Source: Prorocentrum cordatum (Eukaryota). Taken from it: a DNA stretch of 56,255 bases. Both the position numbers and the translations under genes were made by a program. Shown one piece after another: positions 47,915-56,255 of this stretch; the stretch's first letter is position 1; each line of letters opens with the position of its first letter. A model generated the notes under the pieces. It worked only from the letters and a program-made list of their open reading frames with translations, was not told the DNA's origin and did not search any database. The stretch spans positions 62,001-118,255 of the forward strand of contig CAUYUJ010000099.1 of the NCBI GenBank assembly GCA_963575745.1, written 5' to 3'.

Positions 47915-48121
47915 TCAAGACATATGGAGTAAGGTTGAATTCAAACAAGTATGGAGGGCGCAAGATGGCTGGGAATGTTTATAACCTTTGTATTTTGCCA
48001 ACCAACAACGTTGAAGGACATGCATGAGAGATTGAGGGAGACTGAGAGTCCTCCAAAAGCCGCAGGCCCATGCACCGCAGACGCCAGGGGATTCAGTCTG
48101 TCGGAGTCCCAGGAATGGCAT
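47915..48121 (-). CDS. LINE-downstream ORF (68 aa), unknown
   Basis: ATG directly abuts the previous stop (TGAATG). Confidence 0.35.
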   Translation of the reverse strand: MPFLGLRQTESPGVCGAWACGFWRTLSLPQSLMHVLQRCWLAKYKGYKHSQPSCALHTCLNSTLLHMS

Positions 48122-48367
48122 TCACGGGTACTTCCAACGCCACTTTTCCACAAAGAAGTCTCCGTCCCACCAGTAGTCAGACAGGTACCATACAACTGGG
48201 TGAGGCCAGCCCGATTCGGGGTCGAACCACGTGTCATAGTACTCCGTATACCAGACTTTGGTGTAGACTTTTTCCTCTTCACAGTAGTTCCACATTCCTC
48301 CTGAACCGTGTGTCCACTTGAGACGCTTCTTGGCGGCTAGCTTGACTGGAAGGCTGCGTTTGGCCAT
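48122..48367 (-). CDS. LINE-downstream ORF (81 aa), basic N-terminus and Trp/Tyr/acidic-rich C-terminus
   Basis: MAKRSLPVKLAAKKRLKW...WYTEYYDTWFDPESGWPHPVVWYLSDYWWDGDFFVEKWRWKYP; strongly non-random composition. Confidence 0.55.
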   Translation of the reverse strand: MAKRSLPVKLAAKKRLKWTHGSGGMWNYCEEEKVYTKVWYTEYYDTWFDPESGWPHPVVWYLSDYWWDGDFFVEKWRWKYP

Positions 48368-48440
48368 CCCCTGGAATTGGATATGGATGTTTCCCAGCCG
48401 TCTCGGACGAGAGTTCCCGTCAGGGTTTGAGGCGAAACGG

Positions 48441-48767
48441 CTACTGACCAGCAGCCAGTTCTTTCCAAGGGACTCTCCGAACCCTTTCGTCGGGACCCCG
48501 AACGTTGACATACAGTCCATTAAAGCCGCTGTCCCGACAAGCTTTGAAAAGCGGGATTTTGCACCAGTCATAAGTGAAATGAGGACCACCAAGGTCCGAT
48601 GGCATAAGAAACCGAGCCGGCAACTTGACCACCCTTTGGAATAGCAGCGTAGAGCAGTATGAGAGTGCCTCAAGATCTTGTTTAGACAGGAAGCAGACTT
48701 TGCGTTTAGACCTGCAAAGCTTCCCCTGAAAGATAACGTGAGGGTCTGACGCCTTGGGAAGTAGCAT
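48441..48767 (-). CDS. LINE-downstream ORF (108 aa, MLLPKASDPH...), unknown
   Basis: ATG 48767; overlaps the previous ORF by 62 nt. Confidence 0.4.
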   Translation of the reverse strand: MLLPKASDPHVIFQGKLCRSKRKVCFLSKQDLEALSYCSTLLFQRVVKLPARFLMPSDLGGPHFTYDWCKIPLFKACRDSGFNGLYVNVRGPDERVRRVPWKELAAGQ

Positions 48768-49089
48768 ACCGAAAGCTTGAGCCCGAGACTGCAGGAGCCG
48801 ACAGGAGGCAAGGGAAGGGGAGGGGGCCCATCCCCCCAAACCCCAAGAGAGTAAAACAGACTCGAGTCCCAAAACACGGAGGCATCCTGAGGAAGGAGGG
48901 ATTGTTGCGAAGCCACGGTGTCCCTAAGATCGCATGGATCAGGCGGGTCCCAGATAGAATCGCACAAGTGACATCTCCTGGTGTCAGCCAATCCCCTAGG
49001 TGGGAGGCAAGGAGGGGAGAGGAGAACACAAAGAGGTCTCGATACAGACCCAAATGAATTCCGTGGGGCGTCAAATACCCCCGCTCCAT
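48706..49089 (-). CDS. LINE-downstream ORF (127 aa), unknown
   Basis: Starts in a TAATG overlap. Confidence 0.45.
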   Translation of the reverse strand: MERGYLTPHGIHLGLYRDLFVFSSPLLASHLGDWLTPGDVTCAILSGTRLIHAILGTPWLRNNPSFLRMPPCFGTRVCFTLLGFGGMGPLPFPCLLSAPAVSGSSFRYATSQGVRPSRYLSGEALQV

Positions 49090-49364
49090 TAGTATTGGAG
49101 CCTGTTCTCTGAGGCCGCAATTAGGTAAGATACCCAGACCTCTGAAGATTCCGTAACATTAAATTTGTGCACTAGCATTCCGTGAAACATTGCCACGGCA
49201 AACTTCCGAGTGTGGGGTGCACATGGGCCGCGAAAAAGGCGACGGTCTTTCCCGGTCCTAGCAAAAGACCCATGTTGATCAGCAAACGTCAAAATAGACC
49301 GAATGGAGCAGATGATGGGAGAAATCCCCTGAATTATGCTCCAGAACCGATCTGGGTCAAACAT
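49089..49364 (-). CDS. LINE-downstream ORF (91 aa), unknown
   Basis: ATGTTTGA overlap upstream and TAATG overlap downstream. Confidence 0.5.
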   Translation of the reverse strand: MFDPDRFWSIIQGISPIICSIRSILTFADQHGSFARTGKDRRLFRGPCAPHTRKFAVAMFHGMLVHKFNVTESSEVWVSYLIAASENRLQY

Positions 49365-49959
49365 ACCCCGCTCCCAACCCTAGCTCCATCAAATCTCCAA
49401 TAAGCTCTAGCCATCGAGAAGTGTCGGGTTCCCTGTTCCACCGCTCTCGGACCATCCTCTGTACATCGGTGACACGACCAGCGACTGAGCGAAGCTCCTC
49501 CATGGACTTGGACGAGGCACCGGTAGGTTGTCGTCTTTGAAGATACCTGGCCATTTGACCCCAAATATTCCACCAGACAGTGTAAATGAAATTCCCAGGA
49601 TCTGACCAGCGGTTGTCGTAGAACACTGCGCCCTTGTATGACATTGTCTTGATCTGTACAAAAGACATAGAGCGTACTGCAATTCCCACGATCCCAATAA
49701 GGTCCTTGCATGCCTTACTTGAGAAAAATTCCTCAAAGAGATTCCATAGCTGCCTGAGAGGTATCTCGAATTCGCGCCCCTTCTCATACATGTGGAGTGT
49801 GACGCATTTCCGTGGGTTGTATGATCCTGAATTTACAGGAACGATCTCGGAACTTTCGATTGCCCGTGCACGTGGGCAGGCGGATGCCCACGCCTCGAAG
49901 ATACAGCACTGGAGGGACTTTGAATTCCATGGCCTGACGACCCTCTGAGGGGCAAGCAT
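49357..49959 (-). CDS. LINE-downstream ORF (200 aa), unknown
   Basis: ATG start, protein-like composition, stop overlaps the next ATG. Confidence 0.6.
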   Translation of the reverse strand: MLAPQRVVRPWNSKSLQCCIFEAWASACPRARAIESSEIVPVNSGSYNPRKCVTLHMYEKGREFEIPLRQLWNLFEEFFSSKACKDLIGIVGIAVRSMSFVQIKTMSYKGAVFYDNRWSDPGNFIYTVWWNIWGQMARYLQRRQPTGASSKSMEELRSVAGRVTDVQRMVRERWNREPDTSRWLELIGDLMELGLGAGYV

Positions 49960-50134
49960 GAGAGTGTGTTCCCAAATAACTTGAGAAGAGGTTGGAGCAG
50001 AACGGGCAAAGCGAATTGAACCAAAATGACTACAGAAATCAGCCAGGACATCAGGACAACCGAAAGATGTGGATTCAAAAGATGGTGAGATAGAGAAAAG
50101 AGATGCACTTTATCAGGGATCGGACGGCAGTCAT

Positions 50135-50648
50135 CGTCCTGGCCAGCGAAGTGAGATTAACAATCCCAGGCCAAACCCATTTGTACTGAAGTGGAGAAGC
50201 AAACTGGTCGCCAAACTACCCCAAGAAGAAACTTGAAACTTCGAGGCCTTGGGCAAAGAGTGGGAAACAACCCCACTTAACCCCGTCAGCCGAATTGAGA
50301 AGAATATGATGCAGTCTCAGCTCATGAGAAATGGCCTGGAGGCCTAATGCCCTGAGGCACTTGTAATCCCAAGCGTTCCCAGATTGAATCGAAAGCCATA
50401 ATCCTGGCAAAGTGATGAAATTAGCAATCCCATCCAAGCCCGTTTTGAACTGAAGTGAAGGACCAAACTAAGAGCGAAGCAATCCCAAGTTAAGTAATGT
50501 CCCATCGAGGCTGTGGGCAAAGACCAAGAATCGACCCCACTACTTTGGCCCTGACGGACGTATTGAGGAGAGCAGAACTTAATCCCTGCCTCAGAGAAAT
50601 GGCCTGGGGTCCCACTGAAAGCCCTTGTAATCCCAGATTGATCCAGGG
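50135..50648. repeat. Diverged ~265-bp tandem duplication inside the LINE 3' extension
   Basis: Collinear blocks tcctggc, caatccca, actgaagtg, tcgaggc, tgggcaaaga, accccact, gagaaatggcctgg and cttgtaatccca each occur twice. Confidence 0.85.
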
Positions 50649-50718
50649 TTGAACCAAGAAGAGAGCTGAGGACCCGAAGGGAAGAAACACATTAGCTGTA
50701 TCTTCTGAACTGCCTCGG

Positions 50719-51792
50719 TCACATCAGGAAACGAGGTTTGCAAAGCAGATGGCACCTTACATTGGCACCGTTATTGCCAGACTCCACCGTGATAAGATCT
50801 CCAACATCTTCAAACATGTCCTTGACGTAGAGGAGTGCAACAATGCAGCTGCCAGCGAAGATCTGAGATTTGTCATGTAACCTTTCCTTCTTAGGGCAGA
50901 CCTCTGGGCCAATGAACGCTTCTTTGGTATAAAACCGCGCATTGAACAAATGAATATCCTTGGAACGAAACGTGTTGAGCCCAAAGTGCCAGAGAATCTT
51001 CGTGACGTCCCTGGTAGTGAGAAAGCCGTGCTCTCCCAAAATTGGGATACTGTCTGAAACCAGAGGCCCTTGATTGTCGATGATGAAAGGCGTAAGCTCA
51101 CGAGCTGTGATGATTTGGAAGTGTTCCCCTACCTTTGCCTTGAAGGTGTTCAAACCTGTAAGCTGGGGAACGAAAGCCATAATGTAGCGCCTTGAGCTGG
51201 TGTGGTCTGTGCCGCCCTTTGGGGCGAAAATTGGGCATCCTGAGCGATCGTACTCCAACTGAGACTTCAACACTGGAGGGCCCAACTTACTGATCCAAGG
51301 CTTCTTATCCTGTTCCCAGCTCTTTGGGGCAGGCTGCGACCTTCGGTCAGGCGAGTCGACTTCCGCTTCAGAGCCAGAGGAGGAACTCCTGGAGTCTGGT
51401 GATCCCGAAGACGGTACTTCCCAGGTAGTGCCTCCCACAGGTTTGACAGGTGTTTCCCCACGGTAGTCCTGCGTCTCTGGTAAGGCATCATCCGACTCGG
51501 GCTTCGACCCCGACCCGCCACCCTGCAGCTGTTTCTTGAACCCAACTGAGTACTGCATCTTTCTGGCAATCGGTGAACGGCTCCGCGACGCCGAGTCTCC
51601 CCTGTGCACAGGTGCTGGGGGCGGCGTGGGGAGTATCCTGGCTTCGCGAGGGTCAGCACTGGAGGATGCTTTGGCCTTGGGACCCTGATTCTTGAACTCG
51701 ACTGTCCTTGCTTGGTCCTCCTTTTTCTGTTCGAGCTTCTTCTGCAGCTTGACTTTCTTCTCATTCGAGGTAAGCACGGGCTTCGTTTCCAT
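50719..51792 (-). CDS. LINE-downstream ORF3 (~357 aa): basic/disordered N-half, globular C-half, unknown
   Basis: Long open frame in non-repetitive DNA; ATG lies 1 nt after the preceding TAA. Confidence 0.75.
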   Translation of the reverse strand: METKPVLTSNEKKVKLQKKLEQKKEDQARTVEFKNQGPKAKASSSADPREARILPTPPPAPVHRGDSASRSRSPIARKMQYSVGFKKQLQGGGSGSKPESDDALPETQDYRGETPVKPVGGTTWEVPSSGSPDSRSSSSGSEAEVDSPDRRSQPAPKSWEQDKKPWISKLGPPVLKSQLEYDRSGCPIFAPKGGTDHTSSRRYIMAFVPQLTGLNTFKAKVGEHFQIITARELTPFIIDNQGPLVSDSIPILGEHGFLTTRDVTKILWHFGLNTFRSKDIHLFNARFYTKEAFIGPEVCPKKERLHDKSQIFAGSCIVALLYVKDMFEDVGDLITVESGNNGANVRCHLLCKPRFLM

Positions 51793-51993
51793 CTTAACCA
51801 GACGCTTCCGAGCCCAACGATCTAGTGCGTGGCGATCGAATCCAAAGAAAAGGGGGATAGTCGGCTGAATCTGATTCCCAATCAAATCCAGATCCTGAGA
51901 GTAACAGGTGTCCGTGGCGAAAGTAAAGGTAGCCCCACTGGGCGCAGTACGATAGCAAAAGTGTGTCTGGGTTGCGCCAGACAGAGCCGATGG

Positions 51994-54936
51994 CTACTGA
52001 AGGCGAAGGTGAAGCTGTTGCCGAACCCAATCAAGCATTTCTTGAGCAAGCCCCAAACGAAACTTTTTGTCCCGAGAGCCCTGAGGAGAAAATAAGGTGG
52101 TCCAGGCATCCTTGTCATACCTGAAAACGCACCCCCTATGCGAGCGTGAGTGGGTACGGCTGCCACCAAAGTTGTCAAAGGAGCGATTCTGAATGACCCA
52201 ATGCTTGCAATATTGAAACAGCCTCGACGAAAAATCTTCTGGATGTCTTTGCATGTGTGAAACCCAACTATTAGCTGAATCCAAATGGAAAATAGCCCAT
52301 GAGACCTCTTTGAACCCCTTGGTTTTGCGATTTCTGCGTAAACTGAATTGTTCGGGAGATTCCCCCGGGAGCCTTCTGAGTTTCAACATGATCCTGATAC
52401 ATTGATTCTGAGCCTTGGTAATCAAATCCGCCGTCGTTTTACAAGGGACCCAGGCAGCACCTCTGGATCGGATAATCCCCCCCGCCATACAGTTAAGTTT
52501 AGAGAGACGTTTAGACATGGGGATTTGCTCGTTAATCAAGAACTTACTGTTAGCCCAAAAGGCTTTGTTGATCTGTGAAATACCCTGCTTGACATCTTCG
52601 TGACAGGAACCAGTGGCGGAGAGAATTGGGCCCAGCACCTTGGCCTCCGGTACTACAGACCAAGTTTTCCCAAAGGGATCAGACCACTTGTATCCTTGAA
52701 AGAAGTAGGGGTATGCCGGAAAGATTTCCCGATCGTCTTTGAGTTTAAGCCGATGTTCATTCCAGAGCTCCGACTCTACCAGTGCGGTCAGAGTTGCAAG
52801 GTCTTGTTCTGAGGACGCCACCAGGAAGATGTTATCTGACCAGCTGAGAAGAGCAATCCTGAAATCGAAGCCCAACTGCTCGCAACGGATAGAGATTCCC
52901 AAAGAAGAATGGGTGATTTTCTCCCGGGTGGAGGCGAAACAGTCTTCTACGGAAACGCGCGCCAGTATGCATGCCGTCCCGGCTCCTTGCATCGACCCAC
53001 GGTCTCTTTGGATAATCCCAGTGTTTGAGTCCAAAAGTGAAATGGAAACTCGAGGATTTCTGTGCAACCTGATGCAGCCCACTGCTAAGAAGAGGGGGAC
53101 TCCTCGTCCCAATAGACTCCGCAGGACTAATCCATAACGAATCTGGTCGTGGTGTGCTTTGATATCAGTAATCCCAACCATTCCTTTGTTAAAGTGATCT
53201 CGGCCATATTCTAAAATGTGATAGACACTCGTGTGAAGTTCCTGCAATTGTCCACCTTTGCTGAGCCCAAAAATCAGACCCTTGAGACCTTTAGAATCAG
53301 TGTATGAATCCAGAACTGGCAGAATGGCCCTTGCCACATATGCGTGCCCAATCTTGGCAATAGCAGGCTGAGGAATGACAACTCTAGTTTGAGAAGGGGT
53401 TCCAAAACCCTTGATCTTGTTACCCAGGTGGCCCCCGAATGTGACGTCGTTCCAAAATTCGGGGTCGCCTAAGCAGGCCTGTATACACCCCGTGAGCCTT
53501 TGGGACCAGCCCGAAGCTTTTACTACAGCCGTACAGGCGAACTCTGTGTCGATCTTTCGGGGGGCCTTGATGTCGTCCAGCGCGTCCTCCAGCAAGGAGG
53601 GAATGATGGGGTCGCCGTAGAAGTTGAAGAAACCCAAAGAGCGAAGCCAGGCGATGTCCTCCTGACGCTCCGATTCTGAGAGCCCCCACCTCTCGCTGTA
53701 TTCTTCAGCAACCAGTGTGGTACAGCGGTCCACTTCACAAATCTTGACTTGATCTACACAGAAACCCAATATGGGTAGGAGAGACTTGCGGGAGGCCCAG
53801 ACCCGTTTTCCTCGAGAGGCGTTGAGCGCAACCTGCGCCAAATCGCGTTGAAGTTTAGTTATCTTAAGAGCTTTCAAGAGGAGCTGACCCAAGGCGACCC
53901 TCGTGGCTTCGTTAAGTTCGGAGTTGAACCGTGTCCTGAGACTCTTGACCCAAAATGGCTCTTCGGCAAATCTCCTAAAACTCCTTGGGAGAGCCTGAGT
54001 CGCTTCATAAACCTGGCCCAACATGTTTTCCCAGAAATCAAAGGAGAGGGTGAGGTCCCTTGGATCATGATACCTGACCGCACATGACTCGGGCTGTTCT
54101 TCGTCATTTAGACGAATAAGTTCCGCTGATTCGGGAAACAGACCCTGGGCGATCTTCCTAACCTCCAAAATGTTTGTAGGAGTCCATAGGAGAGGTCTTC
54201 TCTTACGAACCTGCTGGTGAAAGGCCAGGACATCACAGCCAATAAGGGCATGGTCCCCAGGAACGCCCGCCCAGCAGGCGAAACAGTCAAAAGATAGATC
54301 ACCCCTGGCGAGAGCAATGTGATCGATCGTGCTGTTGGCTTGGGAGAGCGCCTGCTCACCATCGGGCTTCCTAGTGAATTGCATGGAAGTCTCTTGGAAC
54401 CTGAGAGGGCACCAATGGAGATCGAGGTAGGAACAGGCTTCGCAGAACGATCGGAATTTTTGGTCTCCGTTGCCTTGATCGGCATTCATGTCCCCCAACC
54501 AGGAGAGAGTAGACCCCACCGGGCGGGATCGACCGAGTTGGATGGCACAGTTTAGAGAATCATGGAAAAAATCATGGGCAAGATGAGAGAAGAGAAAGGA
54601 TCTGGCATGATGGTGGCATCCATCGAGACAGTCGGGACGAAGATCAACACGGATAGATCTCCAATCGCAGACAATGTCTTTCACACGTTTTCTCAGAGAT
54701 TTGTGCACAAGCACGCCCATGGCCCTACACCCGGGGCCAGAGTGGTGGCGGAAGTAAGCGTGGCCATTGAAAACGGGGCGTAGTAGCCCATCGTTTTGAA
54801 GGCAGCCCTTGAAATCCGCCTCTAAGATACAAATTAAGCCCCAGCACTTCAGCTCGAGCAAATCTAGGTTGGCTTGCATTTGAGTCTCGTCGGCCCACTT
54901 GCCCTGCACATTGAGTGCACAAACGAGACCCCTCAC
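51994..54936 (-). CDS. LINE ORF2: APE endonuclease + reverse transcriptase (980 aa, open)
   Basis: APE motifs ALNVQG, ILEAD, LGDMNAD, STIDHI, GDHALI. RT motifs TRVV, FGLSKG, TDIKAHHDQI, RGSMQG, LSWSDNIFL, VLG. Confidence 0.95.
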   Translation of the reverse strand: MRGLVCALNVQGKWADETQMQANLDLLELKCWGLICILEADFKGCLQNDGLLRPVFNGHAYFRHHSGPGCRAMGVLVHKSLRKRVKDIVCDWRSIRVDLRPDCLDGCHHHARSFLFSHLAHDFFHDSLNCAIQLGRSRPVGSTLSWLGDMNADQGNGDQKFRSFCEACSYLDLHWCPLRFQETSMQFTRKPDGEQALSQANSTIDHIALARGDLSFDCFACWAGVPGDHALIGCDVLAFHQQVRKRRPLLWTPTNILEVRKIAQGLFPESAELIRLNDEEQPESCAVRYHDPRDLTLSFDFWENMLGQVYEATQALPRSFRRFAEEPFWVKSLRTRFNSELNEATRVALGQLLLKALKITKLQRDLAQVALNASRGKRVWASRKSLLPILGFCVDQVKICEVDRCTTLVAEEYSERWGLSESERQEDIAWLRSLGFFNFYGDPIIPSLLEDALDDIKAPRKIDTEFACTAVVKASGWSQRLTGCIQACLGDPEFWNDVTFGGHLGNKIKGFGTPSQTRVVIPQPAIAKIGHAYVARAILPVLDSYTDSKGLKGLIFGLSKGGQLQELHTSVYHILEYGRDHFNKGMVGITDIKAHHDQIRYGLVLRSLLGRGVPLFLAVGCIRLHRNPRVSISLLDSNTGIIQRDRGSMQGAGTACILARVSVEDCFASTREKITHSSLGISIRCEQLGFDFRIALLSWSDNIFLVASSEQDLATLTALVESELWNEHRLKLKDDREIFPAYPYFFQGYKWSDPFGKTWSVVPEAKVLGPILSATGSCHEDVKQGISQINKAFWANSKFLINEQIPMSKRLSKLNCMAGGIIRSRGAAWVPCKTTADLITKAQNQCIRIMLKLRRLPGESPEQFSLRRNRKTKGFKEVSWAIFHLDSANSWVSHMQRHPEDFSSRLFQYCKHWVIQNRSFDNFGGSRTHSRSHRGCVFRYDKDAWTTLFSPQGSRDKKFRLGLAQEMLDWVRQQLHLRLQ

Positions 54937-54945
54937 GTAGGCATC

Positions 54946-56009
54946 TCAGAGAGAGAGTGCCTCGTCGATGGTGTCTTTCAGCGTCTTGCGGAGTGCTTCA
55001 TCGGGGATCTCCTTGAGAGACTCGTGCCACTGAAATTCCCCATCCTTGATAACACCTATCTGATGGTCCAAGACGAAAAATTTTCGAGTCCGAGAACAAA
55101 TCACGTAACTGTCTGTGCGATCTCCCATAGCCTTTTCCAGTGCACCTGAAACTGTCTTGAACAATTTTGCTGGGCCCCGCTCCTCCTTAGTACTGATCTG
55201 TCCACACCAGATCAAATTTTCCAAGTACCCAGGGATCTTGAGATCACGGATCGTAGCTGCCGCTTGAAGTCCCACCGCAATCGAACTCCATTTGATCTCA
55301 ACGCAACTCCCATATCCAAATGGTGCAACAATATGCGTGGGCTGGGGAACGTCTGCTCGGCGAAGGATCGCCCGCGCCTTTTCCAGAGCCTCCTGCTTCT
55401 TGAGATTCCAGCCCAAGTTGGTGAGAATGAAGATGTCTCTATCTGCTCTTGGGGTGCTGGCCCATGGCGGACCCTTTTTCTGAAGGAACCCTGGCTTGAC
55501 TGGCTTTCTAGTTGTTTGGCTGCCATTTCCGCGCGCAGGGACTTCTGCTCCAGTTCGACAGCCAGAATCCTTTCGTTGAAGGCTTTCTGCACCTCGGTCT
55601 CACCTGCCTCAAGGTTGGCAAGCTTTACTTCGTGGTCATTGATCAAAGTGACGGCTACTGAGAATTCCTGAGCCAACGCCTTTTGAGTTCCCAATACGTC
55701 AAGTTGTAACGAGTCGATACGGTCCTTGATGGGAGCGATCTTTTTATCTAGAAGCGACTCGAGTTGTACCAAAAATCCGTCAGCCCCTGTGGCTGTCGAG
55801 ACAGCCCCTGAAGAAATTGAGCCATTCTCTCCCAGGCCTGTACCCTTAGCAGAACCCTTGGCCGCCAATGTTCTCATAGCCTTCGAGGCCTCTTGCTGAT
55901 TTTCTTTGTCTTCGTCTACCATCCGAGCATCGTCTCTCAGTCTTTTTTGCTTGTCGATATCTAAAGACAAGAGCTTTTGCATGGTTTCTCCAATCTGCAA
56001 AGTCGGCAT
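54946..56009 (-). pseudogene. LINE ORF1 (coiled-coil-rich), one frameshift near 55480
   Basis: ATG 56009 (MPTLQIGETM..). Heptad-like stretch LESLLDKKIAPIKDRIDSLQ... A frame switch near an A run gives KKGPPWASTPRADRDIFILTNLGWN...TIDEALSL*. Confidence 0.8.
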
Positions 56010-56255
56010 GGCCGAAAGTGTAAGTACGAGCCAGTTACCCAAAATTTGAGATGGAAATGAAGCGCCGAATTGACAAAACCCAACAAATTCGCGAATTCGC
56101 CAAATTGAGTCGATATCCCACCAATGAAAGTGATATCCCACTGATAAATCTCACTGATTAAACCCAAATTGAACCAATCTCGCTGGCCCCGAAGAAGACG
56201 AAGGCAGCGATGGCTGCCGCGCCCCCGCGGCGGCGCACCCCCCGCGGCGGCGCAC

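Larger units (their letters stand above)
47330..56180 (-). mobile_element. Non-LTR retrotransposon (LINE, APE+RT) with ~4.6-kb multi-ORF 3' extension; boundaries approximate
   Basis: ORF1 + intact ORF2, then co-oriented ORFs in a compositionally uniform, microsatellite-free block ending at a (TCC)n tract. GC-rich flank resumes after ~56180. Confidence 0.75.

Noticed and set aside
48122..49120. 332-aa ORF as one protein
   Set aside because: Non-ATG start, and it overlaps two ATG-started ORFs in other frames. Only the last 81 aa look protein-like, though a longer product is not excluded.
50216..50690. 66- and 73-aa ORFs in the tandem duplicate
   Set aside because: Non-ATG starts, and the frame is not preserved between the two repeat units.
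50661..50706. Hammerhead-like motif (ctgagga ccc gaa ggg aa gaaac ... atc)
   Set aside because: Two extra A before GAAA, a mismatch in stem III, only a 4-bp stem I, and antisense to the LINE. Likely chance; an Infernal search would settle it.

Overview
Eukaryotic, repeat-dense genomic DNA, most likely from a dinoflagellate. This is inferred from a 20/22 match to the dinoflagellate spliced leader at 34340-34361, GC-AG introns with echoed boundaries, and the retroelement types present. Main contents: (1) 3' exons of a + strand Na+/Ca2+ exchanger (NCX/SLC8-like) gene at ~60-8745. (2) A ~118-bp satellite array at 14650-18285. (3) A full-length but decayed tyrosine-recombinase (DIRS-order, PAT/Ngaro-type split-direct-repeat) retrotransposon at 22004-29046 that carries a C5 DNA-methyltransferase-like domain; its empty target site can be reconstructed from a neighbouring repeat. 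(4) An SL-capped decayed retrocopy at ~34340-36700. (5) A second, truncated DIRS-like relic at ~40690-44320. (6) A - strand APE-RT LINE at ~47330-56180 whose intact ORF2 is followed by ~4.6 kb of tightly stop/start-coupled unknown ORFs and a diverged ~265-bp tandem duplication. This apparently polycistronic LINE is the best candidate for an undescribed system. The rest is microsatellites, minisatellites and several MITE families. Most ORFs in the supplied track are artefacts of low-complexity DNA. All protein assignments are by eye from motifs; no searches were run.
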